A stretch of DNA of 62,789 nucleotides, counting the filler, from Choristocarpus tenellus KU-1152 (taxonomy: Eukaryota > Protista > Phaeophyceae): NCBI GenBank assembly GCA_964200185.2. It is 11 parts of 11 records of this genome, joined end to end, with 100 filler letters (N's around TTAATTAATTAA, not from the genome) between each part and the next. Parts side by side here need not be neighbours in the genome. Positions count along the whole stretch, not along the records: positions 52,918 to 56,490 come from CAXNAD020019175.1; positions 56,591 to 62,789 come from CAXNAD020008701.1; 9 more parts are not named here. One strand, written 5' to 3'. The notes under the pieces are model-generated. The model had not been told where the DNA came from. It did not search any database and was given only the letters and a program-made list of their open reading frames with translations. The position numbers and the translations under genes are program-made. This document shows, piece by piece, positions 53,470 through 62,789 of the stretch (position 1 is the first letter of the stretch; each line of letters opens with the position of its first letter).

Positions 53470-54142
53470 CTTGACTATGCAGCAAGGAGCCGCATCAGCA
53501 CTGAGCGGTACCAGGAGTGGTGCATATTGACTTTTCTCACCACATTAAAGGGAAAAATGTCATAGTTGGAGGGTGAGGAGGTGGTCGCACAGCGGGATGG
53601 AGTGACCCCCATATGGAAAAAGAAACGTCATGGGAGCTCAACAAAGCTGGGAGGGAAGGGGGGTGGAAGATCAAGCTCATAATGCAGCCTGTGCAGCCAC
53701 CTGATCTCAACATCAGTGATTTGGGGTTGTTTGCATACCTAAAAAGTAAGTTTGGAGAGAGTGTTACAGTATCGTGGATGACCTTGTGAAGGGGGTAAGG
53801 AGCATGTATGGTGCATATGATGCAGCTACTTAGTAGAGAGGGTGTGACAGAGCCTCTTTAAGCGCTACAATAAAGTTTTGAAGGCGCTAGGGGGTAACAA
53901 TTTCAAGGTACAGCACACTGTAACTAGAAAAGGCAGCGTGAAGGAAGTCTGCCAAAATCGTTCAGAATCGACTGAGGAGCTTTGGACGTGGCAATGGATT
54001 GTTGTATTGATGGGCATGAGGAAAGCGACGAAGACTTGACTTTCATGTTAATAAATGTCAATCGAATGTAAAAAAATAAATCATTGGAGGTCACCCCGAC
54101 GTGTTAAACCCTTAATGTTGCAGACTTATGGGACAGAGGGAG
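53470..54142 (+). mobile_element. Decayed Tc1/mariner (DD39D-like clade) transposase 3' half plus right TIR and TA target
   Basis: VVAQRDGVTP..., GWKIKLIMQPVQPPDLNISDLGLF, QSLFKRYNKVLKALGGNNFKVQH, with frameshifts. End ...CTTATGGGACAGAGGGAG|TA is a CTCCCTCYGTCCCA-type TIR. Confidence 0.85.
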
Positions 54143-54876
54143 TACTATAATTTGCATTTTTGAGCAAATTTGCCCTTCCCAAACTATGTGAGATTTTTGT
54201 CCTCTAGAATTTTTTTCTACATCTTGAGTGATAATTTTTGTGTGTTTTTAGTGCTCACAAAGCAAAGGATATTGTGGCACATGCTCTTGTTTAATGATTA
54301 GACCACTCAGTTAAACTCCCACTCTGTTGCAGCCTCTCAGCGCCATTCATTGCGGCAATTTTCTGGTGATGAGCTACCTTATTCAGAGATACTCACATTT
54401 CTTAGCTCCTTTTTTTTTTACAAGTCTCAAGAGTAAGATCACTACTATGGCACTAATAAGAACCCGTGGTTAGGGCCTACCAGTCGGTCACACCTGAACT
54501 GAGTTTCAATTGATGGCAGAGTGCAATGAGGCAGTTGTACGTCAACAATGAAGGGACAGATATAACATGCACGATAGCTCAGCAAGACTGCTGGAGAGAG
54601 CATGCTGCGGATTGCATTTTGGCCCTCAAGAAGAGTAGATGAGATGGTTCCGAGAAAAGAGGAAATAAACCAAAAAAGGGGCAGTCTTTGACTCTTCACC
54701 AGTAGATATGTTGCTGAGTGCCACAGTGTGAGATGAAGCAATGGGAAGACCTATGATGCACTAAGATATATACAAAATACGACCTATTTAGAAACTTTCA
54801 CTGCACCAAAAGGGCAAGGGATGAAGGAGGGCAGCACAACCTAGTGAGACCTTGTCATGCGATCAGTTTTTTTATG

Positions 54877-55152
54877 GGCCCAAAGCATTTAAAAGGGTAG
54901 GAGTTTTGCCCTGTTTGTCCACTCGAGGCTTGGCTTCCCATGTTTTTTTTATGCCCTCTTTCGACTTTCTGTGTGAACACAGTTACCTACTCCAAAGCAT
55001 TTCGGAGTAGGAAAAATGTACACGGCTATGAAAGGCGTGCAAGGATATTGACACTTGCTAACAAACATGATAACCAAAATTAATCGAAATCGGAACATTA
55101 GATTTATGACCCCAAACGGACACGTCCCCAACCCTTTTAAATGCTTTGGGTC
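54877..55152. mobile_element. MITE family B, complete (276 bp), 3-bp TSD ATG
   Basis: GGCCCAAAGCATTTAAAAGGGT...ACCCTTTTAAATGCTTTGGGTC flanked by ATG/ATG. Confidence 0.9.
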
Positions 55153-55862
55153 ATGCCTTATGATGAAGAGAGAGTCCAAAGAAGAAAAGGTATAATGCTG
55201 TCGGTGTAGTGGTCTGTGCACATGGGGCATAGCTAGGGAAAGGACAGGAAAGGTGTGAGTATGAGAGTGCCTTCAAGCCTGATGAGGTATTATTGTGTTG
55301 TTGTTGGTATGCTGTCAAGAAATATCCCTCAATTGAATAGAATTAGCATGGGCCAGGGATACAAATTGACCTTGACAAATAAAAAGAGAGAGATAAGTCT
55401 GCCAATTGTAAAATCAGGATAAGTATGTTGTGATGGCATCACAACATAAAAAATGAATCTTGCACCTAAGTGAAGTCCCAGGGATTGAGATCCTCTGGGC
55501 AGCACAGGGCAGATCAAATCGGATTTTCATGACAAGCTGCCTTACGCTCTTCTGTTTGAGGTTAGGTTCGTAATCCACCAGCACAGAAGGGTGAACATGA
55601 CCTGCAATGCACATTTTTGGTTGTGTTCTTGTACTCAATAAGTAAACAGAAAAGATGCATTGACTACGCATTAAATCAACTGTTTTGACGTGTGGTTGAA
55701 ACTTCTAAACGCCTCTATTTGCGGTCTCCATTATCCTTCTTCCTGTAGCTGTGGAATTCACCATCACTTACAATATATGTACAACAAAACTGATTTGTTC
55801 TAGTGGAAACGAAAAGAGGGACTATACTTGATGCCCCAAACAGCTGCCATAGTTCTTACAGT

Positions 55863-56122
55863 GGCCCAAAGCAATTTAGAGGGTAGGAGTTTTGCCCTGT
55901 TTGTCTATTTGGGGCTTGACTTCCCATGGGTTTTTTATGCCCTCTTTCAGTTTTCTGTGTGAACCCAAAAAACCTATAACGTGTACGACTATGAAAAGTG
56001 TGTCCGGAACAAGGATGTTGACACTTCCTAGCAAACACGATAGCCAAAATCGCATCAGAATCGCAACATTGGATTTGGGACCCCGAACGGACACAGCCCT
56101 ACACTCTTAAATGCTTTCACTC
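55863..56122. mobile_element. MITE family B, complete (260 bp), 3-bp TSD AGT
   Basis: GGCCCAAAGCAATTTAGAGGGT...CTCTTAAATGCTTTCACTC flanked by AGT/AGT. Confidence 0.9.
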
Positions 56123-56277
56123 AGTCTCGTTGTTGACAAAGCTATTGATCCCCTGCCCTTGACCAATTCCTCAATCTCCACTCTCTGCACACGCCCATCT
56201 TTGACCTTGTCCTGTCCATTCCCTTCGCTTGTTGACGACCTACATATCTTGCTTTAGTGCTTATCGAGCTGTGCAGG

Positions 56278-56461
56278 TGCCCATGGTATCTGGGGGAGGG
56301 GGGGTCTACACCAGGGTCTCCATTTGGGCCCTGACTAAGAGAAGTAATCTTACTTTATCCGTCCGACGCATGCAACCAAATCACCCAAAAATCGCGACAC
56401 GGAAAAATGGGCCCCAAATGGACAGCCTTCACCCTCACCCCCACCCCAGATACTTTGAGCT
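56278..56461. mobile_element. MITE family A, complete but diverged; TSD not recognisable
   Basis: TGCCCATGGTATCTGGGGGAGGGGGGGTCTACACCAGG...CCCCAGATACTTTGAGCT. Confidence 0.85.
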
Positions 56462-56590
56462 CGGCGTCCATTTCTCCTGTCCACCCAATTNNNNNNNNNN
56501 NNNNNNNNNNNNNNNNNNNNNNNNNNNNNNNNNNTTAATTAATTAANNNNNNNNNNNNNNNNNNNNNNNNNNNNNNNNNNNNNNNNNNNN

Positions 56591-56612
56591 CCTACACGAC
56601 GCTCTTACGATC
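56591..56612 (+). other. Illumina TruSeq adapter contamination
   Basis: CCTACACGACGCTCTTACGATC versus adapter ...CCTACACGACGCTCTTCCGATC(T): one mismatch, at the very start of a contig. Confidence 0.92.
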
Positions 56613-56683
56613 CCAAAAATCGCGACATGAAAAAAATGACCCCAAATGGACAGCCGCCATTCCCCCCCCAGAAACTTTGAGCC
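56613..56683. mobile_element. MITE family A, partial
   Basis: CCAAAAATCGCGACATGAAAAAATGACCCCAAATGGACAGCCGCC...CCCCAGAAACTTTGAGCC. Confidence 0.85.
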
Positions 56684-57027
56684 TTTTCCAATAACAGGAT
56701 TTACCCCCATATGCAGGTTGTCTGTTTTCAGCTCTCGTCACACATATGAAGAAAATGCTACATATGACGAGATAAATGTGACACCAGCTAAGAGGGCAAG
56801 TCAACAATGCCATGTCATGAAGGATCTCTATCTCCTCAATTCAAACGGAACACGGGCACAGGGTATACAGGCAACAACTCATTGAACAAGAACGTAAACG
56901 GCAACAAGTAGATACTGCCGCCACTCTCAAGAAGACTTCGATGGCAGGGACGGAGTCAAAGGTCCCTGTGTAAGGACTACCTCCATGCAGAGGTATTTTT
57001 TGGCGTACATTTCTTGTATAGATTGGT

Positions 57028-57193
57028 GACTCAAAGTGGTGGGGGTCTACACCAGGCTGTCCATTCGGGCCATGACCAGCAGAAGTGAACTTGCACTATC
57101 CATTAGATGCATGCAATCAAATCACGCAAAACTCATGACATGGAAAAATGGGCCCCGAATGGGCAGCCGTCACCCCCCCCAGATACTTGAGCC
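57028..57193. mobile_element. MITE family A, complete (166 bp), 4-bp TSD TGGT
   Basis: GACTCAAAG...CCCCAGATACTTGAGCC flanked by TGGT/TGGT. Confidence 0.88.
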
Positions 57194-59525
57194 TGGTGCG
57201 ACATATGTCGCTAATATGGTGCATGAGAGGCGTGACCAAGACTTGCGCATAATTATTTACGTATCTTGGTAGTATAATTTGTGGACACAGAATCTCTAGA
57301 CTTACAACAGCAGAACAGTAGAAGCTAAGCATGAAGTGTGGAGAATTGATAAACACAAACAGAAAAGTCAGGAAAACAGAAAAATTCAATTTTTTATTCT
57401 TCATCGATTCATTAATTGATTTTTATTCTTTTCCCCTTTTCCTCCTGACTAGACAACAAGTAAATGTGTCAGTGTTGAAATAGAAGAAACTCGAACAAAT
57501 ACATTAGAGTGGTATAAGAGTGCATGGTACTAATGGTCGAATTTCATCTGGAGTATTTAGGACCTCTGCAAGCAGCATTTACAAGTAAATCCTCCACTAT
57601 ATTCATTGCCTCGAATCTAAGGTGTTGTGTAATATAATGACAAGCATCAGCAGTTTGCAACATCACAAAGTTGATTTTTTATTCTCGCTTGCCATCAGCC
57701 ACAGTGGCACCCCTACCCACGACCTACTTAAATTCCTCCAAAAATGGATGACATATGAAGTAGAAGCACATTAGATGAAAAAAGGTATTTACTTCCATGC
57801 ATGATGAAACGCATTTGACTGGGGGGATTTGGCAAGGGAACGAGACCTCAGGACTTGTACTCCAATCGACATTCCAGGGGCTTGATAGATATCTTTGTTA
57901 TTGTGAAGTCTCGTCATAAGATGATGTGTTGCATTTGTCATTCTGGTTGAACAAATACCTCTGATCTGATGTATTTTCACACACACACTACGTAGAATAT
58001 ATGTTGAGTTCCTCTGGGAGGAGCGCCCTGGAATGCTTGCAACGTCATGTGTGCAGGGAACAGAGGGGTGAGAGGCGTCAGAAGCAAGGTTTCTGCAATT
58101 GGTATAGTCGTTGGCATGCGAGGTAGAGTCAAAGCAGATGATAACGGCTCTATTACAGTGAATGAATATCTTTCTGCTGTCGCCACTTCCACTTATTACG
58201 CACATCCTTTGTTCTATCTGCATCCAAGCATCATGTAACCAACAACAAAGACTATGCTGCTCATGCTCTACTTCCCACCGGAGCATTTTGGCCTTGGGAT
58301 TGGTGTCCTATGCTGTTGGCTTGATTGAGCACGTGCATGATGAGACTAAGATCTGGTACTGGTAAAGTGAGCACACAAGACGTTGAAGCGGATGAATATC
58401 AATGCTGATATCGATGATCAGACATAACGATATTACAATCTGTACTCAAAAGCTCACGTTGGTGGCATGTAGATATGTTGTATGCACATGTGCAAGACTG
58501 GGACCTGGTACTGCAGAACACTGGTAAACACAAAGATATGATTCCGTTTAGTGAAGTGACACTAGGTATCACTACACAGGTGGCATCTGGAATCCTGCAT
58601 GGCCGAGCATCAGTACACAGCCTAAACAAACTCATGGACATACTTCCATGAACTTGTAGCTATGCCCTTAGCACGCATCATGCTTGGCATAATTTTGCTT
58701 CAATTTTGGTATACGTTGTACATCAACAAAAATATATATTAGGACTTCAATAGATTTGTCAGATATGGCAATAATCTTTTACCCAGGTACTTGCTCCAAG
58801 ATGCAAAAAAAAAACTGAATATGAACGAGTCATACATAGCCCATGAAAAATCTCACGGTGTGCACATATTTGTGATTTAAGGGGACCTACTCTATACATA
58901 ATATCTACTTCAGAAAATATTAGATAACTTCGGCCCAACATCAACAACCTTGCGGCGTGTCAGAACTACAATTGAGAAATATTCATCCACTCTAACCTCC
59001 AAATCCATGTATGAACTGGTTACAGAGATGATGCCTTCACAATAGAACAAATTTTCACAAACCACCTAATGCGGTGATAAAGGCCACCTGCTTCCCCTTC
59101 TCCTTTGCTTAACTGTAAGCTACTCAAAGCCAGGAGCACAAACCTAATTTCCAATTCCATCTGTACTTCACTAACTCTGAGTATATCAATACAGCCAAGG
59201 AGTGACAGGCACAGATCTTTAAGAGGTGGGATTGAATGCTTACTCTTCTTCATATCATTTTTATTTTTGCTGGGTTCATGTCCTCCTTTTGTAAATACTA
59301 TATTTTTTTCAGAAAAGAATAAATAACCATCCTCACCTGTTTTTGCAACTCAAATGCAGGCGAGATTTCCAACTAGTTTACAGCTCGACGATTTCGTTTA
59401 TTGATTCACAACCTGACGAGAGACAAAGCATGTTTTTCGACCCGAACTAGCCCTGACATGAAAACATTATGTAATGTGCTATCTGTGCTCGAATTTGTTC
59501 GTGATATCGCTCTTGTTCTTTCAAG

Positions 59526-59637
59526 GGTGTGCAAGACATCCAGCGGGATATCATGACCTACGGTTCTGCCACAGCAGCCTTCTAGGTGTATGGTGACTTC
59601 CTCATCTACTCTCAAGACGTTTATGAAAATGTTGACG
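59526..59637 (+). pseudogene. Orphan cathepsin B-like (peptidase C1A) pseudo-exon
   Basis: AG|GVQDIQRDIMTYGSATAAF*VYGDFLIYSQDVYENVDG|GTGAG resembles cathepsin B IxxEIMxxGPVxAAFxVYxDFxxYKSGVY. Contains an in-frame TAG; no neighbouring exons recognised. Confidence 0.65.
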
Positions 59638-62074
59638 GTGAGGTTCCTCTCTTTCTATTGGGTAATATTGAATCCGATTTTAGAGTTTTTTCCAGATTTT
59701 GTTTGCTAGGAGTTGGTGTCTTTTTTTTTGGGAGTACCGAGGTCTTTTTTTATTTTCTTGTTTTTTTATTTTTCATACAAGTTGGGTTAGGATGATGTTT
59801 TTGTTGTTGTTGTCTGATATTGGTTGTGGTGTTTGTGGGAGTATGGTGTGTTTTCCTGACTTTGTGACACCATGGTTAAGCGCTTGCCTGCACAATTGGA
59901 ACACCAAGGGTTTTCAAGTTGAGACAAACTAACTCTCGTTGCTTGAGGGATCAGGTCAGTTGGATGTGATATTGTTGTCAAGTATTTTGTGTTCTGAGGT
60001 AGATGCGTAGAGGGAAGGTTGGTTGGCTTTGTAGTGACAAATGTACTTGTGTGTACTTCAAAGAAAGGGTTTCTAATGTATACAAAGGCGGATGTTGCTG
60101 ATCGTTGTTTTTTTATCGTACTATGGTACGTTTGTTTGCTGAGAGGAAGGGTTACTGTAGTTCAGAAGCAGAAAATTTCGTTTCAGTGAAAACAATGAGG
60201 ATGATTACCTCTTGAGAAGCCTTGTCAGCATTTTTCATACTGTCCATTATCATTCCTCAAGAGCAACTTCATGTAGACTATCATATAAGAGATCGTTCAC
60301 AAGTAGGTGATCATACTTGCATGGATGTCTTATGCATTATTATCAGCCTACACATTGAATGAGTCCTTCACGATCCCAATTCACAAGGTACTCAAGTACC
60401 TCTAGAGTAAAAGACAACCTCTGGCATATGCATGTACTTTCAAATAGAAACACTTAGTGTAGATAGTTGCAAATGCTGACTGATGTTCATCGCCTTTCAT
60501 TCTCTCTTTTCCTGGTTTCCAAAGGAGAGATAGACCAAGCTTGATCTGAAGACAATCTTCTACACACATATTATCAACTAAACATTCTCTTCCCGCCGAA
60601 TGTCTTCTCAGACCATGCCAACAAGCCAAGCTAGGTCATCAAAAATTACACACTGCTTTAGGCTGGCTAAGAGGTGCTGGCCCTCGATGACGCCTTCCAC
60701 GGTGAATACAAACTAAGATCAACAACACTGTGCACTCTGAGCTAACACACATCAGCAAGCCCTCAAGATATATGTACACCCTTGGCATATGTTGAAATAT
60801 TTCCCGTTGGACCCACGGGCTTTGGTGCTCGGATGAAGGACAATGAACAGCTTAATGTAGATGAGCAAAGTTAATATTACAAAAGGGCTTATGATCTCAA
60901 TTCCACTGACTGACTATGTGGGTAAGACTATAGCCTAGACTACCATTATTATTTCTATAGTGTGGGGTTTGTAATCGTCCACACTAGTTTACTATGAATC
61001 ACTTTTCCACTTGTCTTAAGTATATAAAGTGTATCTTGAACATGATATAAAAATCAATCAACACTATGAGTCAGTACATACAATATATCTATCACTGGCT
61101 CTCCATCCTATTATCTAATCCACCGGTGGTGTCTATGTGTATCAACAGCACTATCTACGAACATCATACCGGAATTCTAACTGCCACAAAGATCTTCACT
61201 TTCCAGAAACAATCCACCCATACTTAAAACAAAACTTGCAATCGGGCAGGGGCCATCAAGCACACACAATAGACGCCCCACAAAATACACTGAATGCAGC
61301 CAGTAACAGGTGGTGTAAACCAACTCATATTGTCCCAATGGAAGAAAATCTCGCACCTTCCACGATCCAAATCTGATACAAGTAAACAAGGATAACAAGC
61401 TGTGTCCAAAATATACCTTATTTCCTTCCTTCACAGCCATGAAAAATACGTTCACCCTCTTCCGAGAACACTCATATGTTACATCCCAAACCTCAAATAT
61501 TCCACCTTCCGCCTTCATCCCCCTCATCCAATTAAAAACCCAACCTCGCGCTATTTGCCAAATGAATCCAAGCCCGCAGTCCACAACATACATCAAGCCT
61601 CCCTAGCAACGATCTGTCCCTCAATGCCACAGTGATTTGTCTCACGAAGAATACGGTAAGACCGTTCTCCCCCATGGATGTTGTTCCATGAGTTGACCAC
61701 CTGAGATCACAACAACATTAGCCCACCACAAAAAGAATCTTGGTGTCAGCATTCAGTAAAGAAAAGAGAATGACGAAGATGAGAGAGTCGGGGGTGCCAA
61801 AAGGATATTGTATCCTCTGGTAGCAATGAGGCAACAGGCCATATCATCAGGGAAAATAATGCACTACAAAAATATTCCCTCCAATTCCCCCTCAACGTTA
61901 GCCCTATTCGTAAAATTCTGAGAGAATAAAGGAGTGGGATTATGATACGATACTTCTCACATTTCCTTGAACATACAACCCAACAAGGTTCTTGCATGCC
62001 ACCAAATAAAGTTTGACAAGACTTGCTCGGCAAACTACAAGACAGATGTATCATATCTCTTGCACATAAGAAAC

Positions 62075-62789
62075 TTGCAGGATCAGGAGGAACAGGAAAA
62101 CTGGGACACTTGTGGTGGATCAGAGCTTGCACATCGGCGAACTGGCGGAAAGGCATGGTATTGGCACGACTTACAAGCTATCATCCATCACAAAGCGAAT
62201 GGAGCAGGAGGGACCTGTTCCAGATGACTACAGATCCATGATTGGTGGTATACAATGGGCTGCTATCATGACTAGACCTGGAGTGAAAGTATCTTAGAGG
62301 GTACGAGTTTTTCCCTGTTTGTCCGTTTGGGGCTTGACTTCCCATGTTTTTTTCATGACATTTTCCTACTCGAAAATGTTTCGGAGTAGGTAAAATGTAT
62401 ACGTTATGAAAAGTTGTGCCCAGAACAAGGATATTGACACTTCTTAATTGATATGATAACCAAAATTACGTCAAAATCGCAACATTGGAGTTTTGCCCCC
62501 AAATGGACGTGGCTCGACCCTCTAAGATGCTTTGGCTCCTGATGTATCATTTGCAGTTAGAGAATTGGCTTCGTGTGTGGAGAATCTAAGTTGGTCTGAT
62601 TGGTTGAATGCTACGAGAGTGATTGGGTACCTATATTGGGTGCTAAAATGTATGTAATTACCTTTGGTGATTTGGATTGTATGGAAATGGACCAAGGGAT
62701 CAGTTAATTGGCTATACAGGTTCGGATTATGCTAACTGTAAAGACAGCAGATTGTCTATTTCAGGTGGTGTTGTGATGTTTGGGGGAGG
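62075..62789 (+). mobile_element. Ty1/Copia RT / RNase H remnant interrupted by a MITE
   Basis: IRRNRKTGTLVVDQ..., YRSMIGGIQWAAIMTRP|DVSFAVRELA, then LIGYTGSDYANCKDSRLSISGGVVMFGG (RNase H start). Confidence 0.9.
62281..62538. mobile_element. MITE family B, complete (258 bp), 3-bp TSD CTG
   Basis: GAGTGAAAGTATCTTAGAGGGT...CCCTCTAAGATGCTTTGGCTC flanked by CTG/CTG. Removal restores TRPDVSFAV. Confidence 0.92.

Noticed and set aside
57789-58641. 165-aa and neighbouring ORFs
   Set aside because: No recognisable family, no exon structure; treated as chance ORFs.
61177-61650. Possible minus-strand Copia integrase remnant (REA*CMLWTAGL)
   Set aside because: A single short motif in heavily degraded sequence; insufficient support.

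Overview
Eukaryotic, intron-rich, TE-littered DNA, most likely a brown alga or close ochrophyte relative. This is inferred from an ASAFAP-type plastid-targeting motif, TTAGGG tracts, short exons, and Harbinger/mariner/Copia/Gypsy remnants. The window is not contiguous: it is 11 contigs joined by artificial 100-bp linkers (44 N + TTAATTAATTAA + 44 N), so neighbourhood across linkers means nothing. Genes reconstructed by hand with phase-consistent splice sites: an N-acylated DUSP-domain protein (GC-AG first intron), a plastid-targeted small HSP (5' part), RCC1 (3 internal exons), a complete RluA/RluD-type pseudouridine synthase, DPM1 (3' part), a CxxC-x5-HxC zinc-finger protein and a long low-complexity protein. 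Mobile DNA: a decayed two-ORF PIF/Harbinger element, a DD39D-like mariner, Gypsy integrase, two Copia remnants, and 15 copies or fragments of two related MITE families (A, B) sharing the terminus G-R-S-Y-S-AAAGTATCT. Best candidate for an undescribed system: this very abundant MITE group, whose identical ends carry either 3-bp or 4-bp target duplications (both verified by restoring interrupted reading frames) and whose autonomous parent is not in the window. Other notes: strong CpG depletion in introns versus CpG-rich gene 5' ends, an orphan cathepsin-B pseudo-exon, and Illumina adapter contamination. No rRNA, tRNA or CRISPR seen.
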